Shown: positions 17,931-27,351 of the stretch, piece by piece
Position numbering within the stretch: the first letter of the stretch is position 1
Layout: each line of letters begins with the position of its first letter
From: an uncultured Fidelibacterota bacterium
GTDB lineage: Bacteria > Fidelibacterota > Marinisomatia > Marinisomatales > Marinisomataceae
Length of the DNA: 64,000 nt
NCBI GenBank assembly: GCA_902624575.1
Contig: CACNXV010000003.1
Location: 12,600-76,599, forward strand
Reading direction: 5' to 3'
Translations under genes and position numbers: made by a program
Notes under the pieces: model-generated
What the model was told of the DNA's origin: nothing
What the model saw: only the letters and a program-made list of their open reading frames with translations
The model's database searches: none

Positions 17931-19190
17931 TTATAGAGCACTATCATGCTCATAAGCAGCATTGTAAATAAGTAAGAAATAAATTGAATAAAGAATGTAT
18001 TCATGTATTACTAGCAGAGTTAGAAAAGTATAAAAATCTATTTCAAAAAAATATGCGCAAAAATATAGCGCAATAGATGATATTAAGTATATATATTTCC
18101 ATAAAGCTCCTTTAAGCACAAACTTTTTTATAGATAATAATTGACTTACACTAGATACTATAAATTGTATTAAAAATATAAATCCTAAATACTGAGCAAT
18201 ATAACCTGATTCTCTCCACTCATCTCCTAAAAATAAAGGAAAAAATTTTGGACTTAAAAAAAATATGGCAATAAAAATAGGAAATGCTAGAAAAAATAAT
18301 TTTTTTATTGAATCCTTTAAAAAGGGCAGAATCTTATTATTTTCATTTATTTTTCTTGAAATATCTCTATAAAATACTTGGCTAAAAGATTCTCCAATTA
18401 ATGTTGTTGGAATAGAAATTAATCTTGCAGCTAAAAAGTATAGTCCATTAATTGCTTCACCCCCAATAAATAATATGAAAATAAAAGGTAAATTATGAGT
18501 TATTTTATTGGCAATTGAAGATGGAGCATTAAAGAGGGGGAATACTTTATACTTATTTACATTTAATAAAATTGTTTTTTTAGAAATACCTGATAAGATT
18601 TTTTTATCCAAAAATTCTTTTTTAATTAGTGTAATGTAAGTGGCTATAAAACCGCCTAAATAACCAATAAGTATATTTAAAGTATGAATTGTGAAAAATG
18701 ATAAAATTATTGGAATTATATTTTGAAAGATTGCTCTTAAAATTTTTGCAATAGAAATTGATTTATAATTCTCAAATCTAGTATTTAGGATGTTTAGAAT
18801 ATTAAAAATTCCAATTAAAAGCGACATTAATGGTATAAATAAGAAAATTGTTTTATCTAAATTATTTCTTGAAAAAATATCTCCATCAATAAGATAAAAA
18901 ATTAATGTAAGAAATATTGTTGATAGGAACATTAAAGCAGAACTTATTGAAACTAAACTCATTGCTTCATTATCGTTTTTAGGTTGAACAATTGCTACTT
19001 CATATCTCCCACCAATCATTATTGATATGATACCTGTTATGCTAAAAAAAATTGCAAAGATTCCAAAATCTTCTGGTTTATAAATCCTTGATAATACAGG
19101 TGTTAAAAAAATTGTAATTAGCTGAGCAGTGAAAGTTCCTCCAACAAGGATAGCAATATTTTTATTTAAGTTATTTGCTTTATCTAGCAT
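17931..19190 (-). CDS. wzx: Polysaccharide flippase (Wzx, MOP/PST superfamily)
   Basis: 419 aa and about 12 hydrophobic segments. N-terminal pattern typical of O-unit flippases. Glycan-locus context. Confidence 0.65.
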   Translation of the reverse strand: MLDKANNLNKNIAILVGGTFTAQLITIFLTPVLSRIYKPEDFGIFAIFFSITGIISIMIGGRYEVAIVQPKNDNEAMSLVSISSALMFLSTIFLTLIFYLIDGDIFSRNNLDKTIFLFIPLMSLLIGIFNILNILNTRFENYKSISIAKILRAIFQNIIPIILSFFTIHTLNILIGYLGGFIATYITLIKKEFLDKKILSGISKKTILLNVNKYKVFPLFNAPSSIANKITHNLPFIFILFIGGEAINGLYFLAARLISIPTTLIGESFSQVFYRDISRKINENNKILPFLKDSIKKLFFLAFPIFIAIFFLSPKFFPLFLGDEWRESGYIAQYLGFIFLIQFIVSSVSQLLSIKKFVLKGALWKYIYLISSIALYFCAYFFEIDFYTFLTLLVIHEYILYSIYFLLIYNAAYEHDSAL

Positions 19191-19240
19191 TATAAAATTA
19201 TATATTTTTTTTCATCAAATTATAACTTTATATTAATATT

Positions 19241-20191
19241 ATGTCTTATAAAATAATATTTAATTTAAAATCTTTATTTGACTTAAGAAAAAATCCTAAG
19301 ATTTTATTCAAATTTATTTTTTTAAGTCTAATTTTATCTACATTAATATATTTTGTCACACCCAAAGAGTTCGTTTCTAGTGCATCAGTTTTACCTTCTC
19401 AATCTGACTCAAATAGTTTAGGTGCAATGGCTTCATTAGCGAGTCAGCTTGGTTATAATATGAATCAGAGTAATAACCCATTAACAGATCCTAATGTAAT
19501 AAAGGAGATAGCTAGAAATGACAATGTATCTTCAAAAATACTAAATCATACTTTCACATCTAAGTCTGGAGAGTCAAAAGAAATATTTTATTATCTCTAT
19601 CCAGAAAAAGATTTAAATGATCCTTTAGATTTTGAATTAAGTAAAAAACATTTAAATAAAAAAGTAATTAATGTTTATCAGGACATTGAAAGCTCTATCA
19701 TACACTTTAAGGTTACAACTACAAGCCCAAATCTTTCTTATGAAATTTGTAAGTTAGTTTTTCAAGATACAATTTCTAAGATAAACAGCCTAACTTCGTT
19801 AAATAATAGCAAAAAATTATCTTTTCTAACAGAAAGAAATGAGCTACTTAAAATTGATTTATCCAAAAAACAAAATGCATTAAAAGAATTTCAAGAAAAA
19901 AATATTTCTTCCAAATCTCCTGGTTTACAACTCGAGATAAGTAAGCTTATAACAGAAATAGAAATAATTAAAAATATTTATATGGTTTTAAGGGGCGAAG
20001 AAGAAACATTAGCAGTTGAAGTTAATAATAATAATAATGGCATTTTTTTAATTAATGAACCTTACTTGCCTGTAGAGCGTTCATTTCCTAAAACAAAATA
20101 CTTAGTCTTTCTTTTTTTATTTTTAAATTTATCTTTTGCGGGACTGTACATTCTTAAAAATTCAAAAATTACAGAACTAATTGACAATTAA
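19241..20191 (+). CDS. wzz: Chain-length determinant (Wzz-like) protein without a kinase domain
   Basis: N-terminal TM (FIFLSLILSTLIYFVTP), a long coiled-coil-like periplasmic region and a C-terminal TM (YLVFLFLFLNLSFAGLYIL). No Walker A motif. Confidence 0.55.
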   Translation: MSYKIIFNLKSLFDLRKNPKILFKFIFLSLILSTLIYFVTPKEFVSSASVLPSQSDSNSLGAMASLASQLGYNMNQSNNPLTDPNVIKEIARNDNVSSKILNHTFTSKSGESKEIFYYLYPEKDLNDPLDFELSKKHLNKKVINVYQDIESSIIHFKVTTTSPNLSYEICKLVFQDTISKINSLTSLNNSKKLSFLTERNELLKIDLSKKQNALKEFQEKNISSKSPGLQLEISKLITEIEIIKNIYMVLRGEEETLAVEVNNNNNGIFLINEPYLPVERSFPKTKYLVFLFLFLNLSFAGLYILKNSKITELIDN

Positions 20192-21443
20192 CTTTAGAAC
20201 GGTCTTTTTTCTACTCATTTGTAGATTTATAATTGATATTTTATACTACCTAATAAGTTTTCAGATATATTCATACCAAGGATATACTGCTAACTTAGAA
20301 TTATATTTAATTAATTTACCTTTCTCTCTTTTTTTTATTTTTCCATTTATTTTAAACGATGAGAAAAATAACATTTCAAATTATTTAATATTTATTTTAC
20401 TGATTGGAATACTGTTACCTCTTAGTTCTTTATTCGCTTTTGGAGCATCCCCTGCAAGTTGGTATTTCATAAATTTGACATCTTTTTCTTTCATTGTTAT
20501 TGTAAATAATTTTATGTCTAATATTCATTTTGATGTTCCGCATTTAAATAATTTTGCTCTTTTTAAAATTGTTTTTTATTCTTTTTACGCAATTGCAACT
20601 TTAGTATTTATCTCAAAATATGGAATCAATATTAACATTAGCAGCTTTTCTCTAACTAGTGAATTAATTTATAGTCAAAGAGGTGTTTTTAAAGATTCAA
20701 ACCCTGGATATTTAATTTTGAATTTTTTTACTTTAGGCCCACCTCTTCTTTTTGCGTATTCTATTGTTTTTAAAAATTTTTTTTTAATGGTGGGATCATC
20801 AATTCTTACAATTATAATTTTTTCTACTTCATCTGAAAAATCACTTCTTTTTTCAATGGCACTTTATTTGGGGGTTTTTTTGATACACAAATTTTTTAAA
20901 AAAGTTAATCAGAAAAATTTACTTAAAAGCTACATATTCATGATCTTGTCTGCCTCATCCATATACTTTATTAATCCTATTCTATCTGCACTTTTCATAA
21001 ATAGATTAATTTTTACCCCTCAATTAGTTTCTACATTTTATTATGAATATTTCCAAAAGTATGACTTTTCTTATTTTTTAGATACTTCCATCTTTAGCCT
21101 ATTTTTTGGAAAGTCATATCACACAAGCATATCACGAGAACTAGGAAGATCTTTATTTGGCGATGAAACTAATTTAAATGCAGGATTAATCGCTGATGGC
21201 TATTCTAAGCTGGGAATGTCTGGTATTATAATTGTTTGTATTGTTTTTGTTTTGATCTTAAAAATCATAGACGCTTTTTCAAATAAGAAGAATAATTTAT
21301 TTGTTAAACTTTTAATGACATTTTCTTTTTTTGCGATGATAAATAGCTCAATCTTTACTGTTTTTTTTACATCTGGCCTTTTTTTATCAATTATTTTTCT
21401 TATTTTACTACCACCAAATAAAAAAATTATTAGTGAAAAATAA
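20181..21443 (+). CDS. wzy: Polytopic membrane protein, probable O-unit polymerase (Wzy-like)
   Basis: At least 10 hydrophobic segments and very low sequence complexity. Sits between wzz-like and GT genes. TTG start is uncertain. Confidence 0.45.
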   Translation: MTINFRTVFFLLICRFIIDILYYLISFQIYSYQGYTANLELYLINLPFSLFFIFPFILNDEKNNISNYLIFILLIGILLPLSSLFAFGASPASWYFINLTSFSFIVIVNNFMSNIHFDVPHLNNFALFKIVFYSFYAIATLVFISKYGININISSFSLTSELIYSQRGVFKDSNPGYLILNFFTLGPPLLFAYSIVFKNFFLMVGSSILTIIIFSTSSEKSLLFSMALYLGVFLIHKFFKKVNQKNLLKSYIFMILSASSIYFINPILSALFINRLIFTPQLVSTFYYEYFQKYDFSYFLDTSIFSLFFGKSYHTSISRELGRSLFGDETNLNAGLIADGYSKLGMSGIIIVCIVFVLILKIIDAFSNKKNNLFVKLLMTFSFFAMINSSIFTVFFTSGLFLSIIFLILLPPNKKIISEK

Positions 21444-22587
21444 CGTCCACATTTATCCAACAATAATGACCCATGAGTCTAGAATTTATAAGATTGCTGA
21501 AACAATCAGTAACTTAAATTATTTTGACAATATTTTTTTATTAGGAATCAATAATGGTAAACTTGAGAGACAAGAGCTTTTTAAAAAAAATATATCAATC
21601 TATCGATTAGATATGCATGAAACACAATGGCTAAAAACTGGTATTTATATAAAAACACTTAATGTTATAAGGCTGACTTTAAATACTTTTAAATTTTTAA
21701 AAAAAATAAAACCTGAAATTGTACACGCCCATAATCTTGCATCTTTACCAGTTTGTGTTCTTTATAAACTCGTCAACCAAAAAACGAAAATTGTTTATGA
21801 TACACACGAGATTGAAGCTAGGAGAAATGGATGGTCTTCAACAATCCAGTTTCTTGCCAAGAATGTAGAAGCGTTATTAATAAAATTTTGCGAAGTAACA
21901 GTTGTAGTCAATGATAAATTTCAAGAAATATATAAAAAATGGTACAATGTCGAAGCAGTTAGAATCTTTAACACACCATTCTATAATAAGCTTGAAAAAA
22001 ATAATTATTTAAGGGAAAAATTTTCTATCGATAATAAAACCCCAATATTTGCATATGTAGGCGTTTTAGATGATAGTAGAGGGGTAGATCATTATTTGGA
22101 TTTTGCTCTCAAGACAAATTTAGATATATGCTTTGTTTTTATTGGACGAATATTAAAAAATGAAAAAAAAATAAAATCTGCGGCAGATAAGTCTAATAAG
22201 ATACATTTACATGATGCAGTGAGTGTTGATGAATTATACTATATTTTAAGATCTGCAGATTATTCTTTACAAGCATTACATCTTAGAAAGGCTATTGCAA
22301 TGAATAATTTATTAGGTTTAGGTAATAAATTCTTTGAAAGCGCAATGGCTGGATTGCCAATGATTGGTGGAGGTTTTGAGGTACAGAGTAAGTTTATATC
22401 AAAGTACGATTTAGGTGTAGTAATAGATTCAGGAAATGAGTATAAATCAATTTCAACTGCAGTAGAAAAAATTATAAACCTAAACTATTCTCGATTACAA
22501 GAAAATTGCTTTAATTTTTTCGCTAAATATAATTGGGATAACGAGTCAAAAAAAATCAAAGAATATTACTATAATTCGCTAATATAA
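21433..22587 (+). CDS. Glycosyltransferase (GT-B fold, family 4-like)
   Basis: Length and layout fit GT4. It has a C-terminal E-x7-E-like region (NKFFESAMAGLPMIG). The GTG start is uncertain. Confidence 0.65.
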   Translation: MKNNVHIYPTIMTHESRIYKIAETISNLNYFDNIFLLGINNGKLERQELFKKNISIYRLDMHETQWLKTGIYIKTLNVIRLTLNTFKFLKKIKPEIVHAHNLASLPVCVLYKLVNQKTKIVYDTHEIEARRNGWSSTIQFLAKNVEALLIKFCEVTVVVNDKFQEIYKKWYNVEAVRIFNTPFYNKLEKNNYLREKFSIDNKTPIFAYVGVLDDSRGVDHYLDFALKTNLDICFVFIGRILKNEKKIKSAADKSNKIHLHDAVSVDELYYILRSADYSLQALHLRKAIAMNNLLGLGNKFFESAMAGLPMIGGGFEVQSKFISKYDLGVVIDSGNEYKSISTAVEKIINLNYSRLQENCFNFFAKYNWDNESKKIKEYYYNSLI

Positions 22588-22599
22588 TCTTTATTAAAA

Positions 22600-23223
22600 A
22601 TGAATATAAAAATAATAGACTCAAAATTATCAAATGTAAGCTCAGTAAAAAATATGATTAATTGGGTTGGTCATGAAGCGACTATTATTGAGAATTTAAA
22701 TAAAGTTGAAGATGGAGATCGTATTATATTACCTGGTATTGGTAACTTTGGTAAAGCTATGAATTATCTTAATGAACATGGCTTGGTGGAGAAAATACAT
22801 GAAATTGCAAACAAAAAGAAAAATCCAATATTAGGTATTTGTTTAGGTATGCAACTTCTTATGAATGAAAGTGAAGAATCCCCTGGAATTAATGGTTTGG
22901 GATTAATTGATGGAAGCGTAAAAAAATTTAATTTTGAAGATAAACAGTTAAAGATACCGCATGTTGGATGGAATACTTTAAAATTATCAAATGAACATCC
23001 CATTTTTAATAATTTTAACAAAAATAAATCAAGATATTACTTTGTTCATAGCTATTTTGTTAATTGTAAAAATTCTGAAAATGTATTATCTAGAACAAAT
23101 TACGGCCAAACATTTCATTCTGCTATTTTCAAAGAAAATATATTTGGATTCCAATTTCATCCAGAAAAAAGCTTAAAACATGGAGCTAATTTAATTAAAA
23201 ATTTTTGTGAGATTAAATTTTGA
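22600..23223 (+). CDS. hisH: HisH-like class I glutamine amidotransferase (glycan-locus paralog, WbuY type)
   Basis: Motifs ILPGIGNFG, GICLGMQLL (catalytic Cys), VPHVGWN, FVHSY and FQFHPEKS. Confidence 0.8.
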   Translation: MNIKIIDSKLSNVSSVKNMINWVGHEATIIENLNKVEDGDRIILPGIGNFGKAMNYLNEHGLVEKIHEIANKKKNPILGICLGMQLLMNESEESPGINGLGLIDGSVKKFNFEDKQLKIPHVGWNTLKLSNEHPIFNNFNKNKSRYYFVHSYFVNCKNSENVLSRTNYGQTFHSAIFKENIFGFQFHPEKSLKHGANLIKNFCEIKF

Positions 23224-23972
23224 AAAGAATAATACCTATACTTCTTATTAAAGATAGATTATTATATAAAACTATTAATTTCCAAAGTGAAACTTATATT
23301 GGTGACCCCTTCGTTGCTCTTAAAATATTTAATGAAAAAGAGGTAGACGAGCTTATAGTTTTAGATATCAACAAATCAATAATTGAACCCGATTTTGAAT
23401 TTTTAAATCAGCTTGCAAGTGAAGCTTTTATGCCTCTATCTTATGGTGGAGGAATAAATTGTACTAATACAGCGGAAAAAATTTTTAGAATTGGTTTTGA
23501 AAAAGTTGTTATAAATAGTGCAAACATTAATGATTTTAGTTTAATAGAATCTATTTCATCTAGGTTTGGTAATCAGGCAGTTGTTTGTTGTATCGATTAT
23601 AAAATTAATTTCTTTGGGAAAAGAACTTGTACTTTTAATAATGGCAGAAAAAGTATAAATACTAAAATCGCAGATTTTATCAAAAAAGCAATTGACGCTG
23701 GATCTGGTGAAATTTTGCTCCAGTGCATTAATTTTGAAGGAAAAATGGAGAAAATGGATTTAGAATTTATTAAAGAAGTTGTTAATAGTTGTTCAGTTCC
23801 AGTAATTGGTACTGGTGGTGCCAACTCATATCAATGCATTAGTGATTTTTTTAAAAAAACAAATGCATCCGCAATTGCTGCAGGAAGTATTTTTGTTTAC
23901 CATGGACCTCACAATGCTGTTTTAATTAACTACCCATCATTTGAAAAAAAGAATACATTACTATCATTATGA
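23220..23972 (+). CDS. hisF: HisF-like cyclase subunit (glycan-locus paralog, WbuZ type)
   Basis: Motifs RIIPILLIKD, YIGDP, DELIVLDI, GGGI and GTGGA. TTG start overlaps the hisH-like stop. Confidence 0.8.
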   Translation: MKRIIPILLIKDRLLYKTINFQSETYIGDPFVALKIFNEKEVDELIVLDINKSIIEPDFEFLNQLASEAFMPLSYGGGINCTNTAEKIFRIGFEKVVINSANINDFSLIESISSRFGNQAVVCCIDYKINFFGKRTCTFNNGRKSINTKIADFIKKAIDAGSGEILLQCINFEGKMEKMDLEFIKEVVNSCSVPVIGTGGANSYQCISDFFKKTNASAIAAGSIFVYHGPHNAVLINYPSFEKKNTLLSL

Positions 23973-25096
23973 GCCCTAATAAAAATAGTTTATGTTCTTT
24001 TTGTGTTATGGACTCTTCTGTTCCAGACATTATTTTTGATAAAAACCACCAGTGTCAATATTGTAAGGCTCATCTACAAAGAATTATTTTTGAAAAAGAT
24101 AACTATTCAGACTATTTGAATAACTTAATTGAAAAAATTAAGAAAAATAAAAATGAAACGAAGTATGATTGTATCATTGGAGTTAGTGGAGGTGTGGATA
24201 GTACCTACGTAGCCTATTATTTAAAGAAGATTCTCAAGTTAAATCCGTTAGCAGTACATCTTGATAATGGCTGGAACTCTGAATTGGCCGTTCAAAATAT
24301 CAAAAGCTGTTTGGATATACTCGAAATTGACCTTGTTACCCATGTAATTGATTGGAACGAATTTAAACATATCCAAAAAGCTTTATTAAAATCATCAATT
24401 AATAATTTAGAAATTGCAACAGATCATGCTATAAATGCTTTATTGATAAAAACAGCTTCAAAGCACAAAATAAAATATATAATTAATGGAAGTAATACTG
24501 CAACTGAAGGTATAATGCCTACTAGCTGGATGGAAGACAATAAAAACAAATATATAATCAAAGCAATTGTCCAAAAATTTTTTCCAAAAGTCAAAATTAA
24601 ATCACTCCCAACAATTTCAATGACTGAATATTTTTATTATTTTCTGATTAAGAAAATTAAGTTTATACCTATTCTAAATTTTATAGATTTCGATAAAAGC
24701 AAAGCGATAAGTATTTTAGAAAAAGAAGTTGGATACAAACCATATAGATATAAACATTACGAATCAATAATAACAAGATTTTTTCAAGGATACATTTTAC
24801 CTGAAAAGTTTAATATTGATAAAAGAAAAGCACATTTCTCTTCTCTAATCATATCTAAACAAATGACAAGAGAAGAAGCCATAAATAAATTAAAAATTGA
24901 TAATACCTATGGTGATGCTAACATTATGAAGAGAGACATGATTTTTTTCTTAAAGAAGTTGGAAATGAATGATGAAGATTTTAAAAAAATTATGGCTGAT
25001 AAACCAAAATCTGCATCTCTTTATTCTCCATTAAGTATAAAGCTATTTAAATTTTTAGAAAAATTTCATCATATTATTAGGCGATTAACAAGGTAA
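23969..25096 (+). CDS. N-acetyl sugar amidotransferase (PP-loop ATP pyrophosphatase, WbuX/WbpG type)
   Basis: N-terminal Cys cluster (CSFC ... CQYC) and PP-loop GVSGGVDSTYVA. ATGA overlap with the hisF-like gene. Confidence 0.75.
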   Translation: MSPNKNSLCSFCVMDSSVPDIIFDKNHQCQYCKAHLQRIIFEKDNYSDYLNNLIEKIKKNKNETKYDCIIGVSGGVDSTYVAYYLKKILKLNPLAVHLDNGWNSELAVQNIKSCLDILEIDLVTHVIDWNEFKHIQKALLKSSINNLEIATDHAINALLIKTASKHKIKYIINGSNTATEGIMPTSWMEDNKNKYIIKAIVQKFFPKVKIKSLPTISMTEYFYYFLIKKIKFIPILNFIDFDKSKAISILEKEVGYKPYRYKHYESIITRFFQGYILPEKFNIDKRKAHFSSLIISKQMTREEAINKLKIDNTYGDANIMKRDMIFFLKKLEMNDEDFKKIMADKPKSASLYSPLSIKLFKFLEKFHHIIRRLTR

Positions 25097-25116
25097 TTAA
25101 TTTTTATGGAAATAAT

Positions 25117-26328
25117 TTGAAAATATTAATTGTAAATCATTTTGCTGGTATTCCAAAATACGCTGATTTTTCTTTGAGGCATTATTATTTTGCTAAATAT
25201 TTCAGTGAAAAAAATTTTGACTGTTCCATAATAACTTCAAAACAAAATTATCAAAGTACAAAGAAAATTGATAGTGACTCTAAGATAATCAATAATATCG
25301 AATATTTTTTCGTCGATGAACCTGTTATAAAATCAAAAAGTCTTTTATCAAAATCTTTAAGAATGTTTGGTTTTGCTTTCAACCTTTTTAGATTTTTGTT
25401 TTTTAAAAAAAAACTTCCTAATGCTGATTATATTTTAGCTAGCAGCCCAGATTTATTTACATGTTTTATTTCTTATATCTATTCCGTTAAAACGTCATCA
25501 AAATTTATCCTAGAGATAAGGGATATTTGGCCATTAACACAAGTTACTGTTCATAATTTATCTAGGTTAAATGTTTTAGCAATAATATTAAGAGCAATAG
25601 AGCTATTCCTTCATAAAAAATCTGACTTAGTAATAAGTAATTTGCCAAACTACGAAAGATATTTAGCTGATCACAAAATTAAATTCAAAAGATATGAATA
25701 TATTCCTCAGGTAATAGATATAAACTACTATGATAAAAATTACAACACAGTAAAATTAGATGAATCTCATCTTAATATCTTTAAATCATTTAAAAAAGTC
25801 GGAATTTATGCAGGAACAATAGGCCATTATTATGGCTTAGATAACATCATTAGATCTTTAAAATTTGTTAAAAAAGATACAGCTGTAATTTTAATGGGTG
25901 AGGGAGATTTTAAAGAAAAAGCTATTCAACTTAAAAATGATTATGGATTGCAAAATCTATTTTTTATCGATGTTAAAAATAAATCATACTTGTTTAGCAT
26001 TCTCAAAAAGTGCTCTTTCGGAATTGTTAGTTTTCCTGAAAAAGATTTTTATAAGTATGGAATTGCTTCCTTAAAAATGTTTGATTATTTGTATGCACAA
26101 ATTCCACTTCTAATTTTGGGACCTTTTGATAAGTTTTCGATACTTAAAAACCTGAAAAATAAATATACAGCAAATCTTAATGATGATAAATCCATTTTTA
26201 AAACAATAAATTCTTTAGCTAGTCTTAATTTTAATGAAATAAACGATTGTAAGTTGGAAAGTAATAAGCTTATCAATGATTATGCTAGTATTGGATTAAT
26301 GAAAAACCATTTAGATCGAATCTTTTAA
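25117..26328 (+). CDS. Glycosyltransferase family 4 (WbuB-like)
   Basis: MKILIVNHFAG N-terminus and GT-B length. Follows the amidotransferase triad, as in known clusters. TTG start. Confidence 0.65.
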   Translation: MKILIVNHFAGIPKYADFSLRHYYFAKYFSEKNFDCSIITSKQNYQSTKKIDSDSKIINNIEYFFVDEPVIKSKSLLSKSLRMFGFAFNLFRFLFFKKKLPNADYILASSPDLFTCFISYIYSVKTSSKFILEIRDIWPLTQVTVHNLSRLNVLAIILRAIELFLHKKSDLVISNLPNYERYLADHKIKFKRYEYIPQVIDINYYDKNYNTVKLDESHLNIFKSFKKVGIYAGTIGHYYGLDNIIRSLKFVKKDTAVILMGEGDFKEKAIQLKNDYGLQNLFFIDVKNKSYLFSILKKCSFGIVSFPEKDFYKYGIASLKMFDYLYAQIPLLILGPFDKFSILKNLKNKYTANLNDDKSIFKTINSLASLNFNEINDCKLESNKLINDYASIGLMKNHLDRIF

Positions 26329-26372
26329 TATAAAGGCTTTTTTATTTCTGTCAATAATTTGTATAATATTTT

Positions 26373-27314
26373 ATGAAAATAATACTATTTGGTATTGGAT
26401 ATTGGGGGAAAAATCATTTAAGAGAGCTATCAAATTATGATAAAGTTTCTGAAGTGATTGTTGTAGATCCTTTTTTCGAAAGTTATGCTGATTTAATGAA
26501 GAAGTATTCTGATGTTAAGTTTTACCATTCTTTCTCTGATGCGTTAATTGATAATAAAAACATAGATGGAGCTATAATAGCAACTCCTCCATCAACACAT
26601 TTTGAAATTGCAAAAATATGTCTAGAAAATAACATACATGTTTTAGTTGAAAAGCCAATGGTTGAATCTCTAGATGAACTAAAGCAATTGAATGTAATTG
26701 CACAAAATGATTTAGTTCTAATGTCTGGGCACACATACTTGTACAATCCAGCTATTAGAAAAATAAAAGATATTATTGATGATGGAAAAATCGGTAAAAT
26801 TATGTTTATTCATAGTCAAAGGCTTAACTTTGGAATAATGAGAAAAGATATTGATGTTTTTTTAAGTCTCGCACCACACGATATTAGTCTTATTCAGTTT
26901 TTTCTTAATGACCAACAACATATTACAATGACTAAAAATCAATCAAATTACACATTTAGTCCTAATGATGACTATTCTTCAACTCACCTTGAATATAAAA
27001 ATAATGTTTATGCTCAAATTGATGTTAGTTGGTACTATCCGAAGAAAATTAGATCATTAACTATTATTGGAGAAAAGAAGACAATTATCTTCGATGATGT
27101 ATCAAAAAAAATATTATTACATGACATCAATATTGATTCAAACTATAATCATATTAATAACGAATTTGTAGAAGTGGAATTTGATAAAAATATATCACCT
27201 TTAACAAACGAAATTAAACATTTCATTAAATATATTAGAGAGCCATCTGAATGTATTACAGGATTTAATCATACATATAACGTTATTAATGTAATTGAAG
27301 AATATTATAAATGA
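26373..27314 (+). CDS. Gfo/Idh/MocA-family NAD(P) oxidoreductase (WbpB-like candidate)
   Basis: Motifs ILFGIGYWGKNHL, IATPPSTHFEIA and HVLVEKPM. Confidence 0.75.
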   Translation: MKIILFGIGYWGKNHLRELSNYDKVSEVIVVDPFFESYADLMKKYSDVKFYHSFSDALIDNKNIDGAIIATPPSTHFEIAKICLENNIHVLVEKPMVESLDELKQLNVIAQNDLVLMSGHTYLYNPAIRKIKDIIDDGKIGKIMFIHSQRLNFGIMRKDIDVFLSLAPHDISLIQFFLNDQQHITMTKNQSNYTFSPNDDYSSTHLEYKNNVYAQIDVSWYYPKKIRSLTIIGEKKTIIFDDVSKKILLHDINIDSNYNHINNEFVEVEFDKNISPLTNEIKHFIKYIREPSECITGFNHTYNVINVIEEYYK

Positions 27315-27351
27315 ATGATAACTCAATATTCTTTAGATATTTTAGTAAAAA

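Noticed and set aside
20776-20784. Homopolymeric tracts (T9 in the wzy-like gene, A9 at 17732-17740, 22173-22181 and about 25415-25423) as slipped-strand phase-variation switches
   Set aside because: Equal-length A/T runs occur in housekeeping genes too (for example A9 at the rsmA start, about 43652-43660) and in intergenic DNA. At this base composition they are expected, so there is no specific enrichment in glycan genes.
22600-23972. hisH/hisF as histidine-biosynthesis genes
   Set aside because: They are flanked by glycosyltransferases and overlap a WbuX/WbpG-type amidotransferase. No other his genes are nearby. That context matches the known glycan-locus paralogs.
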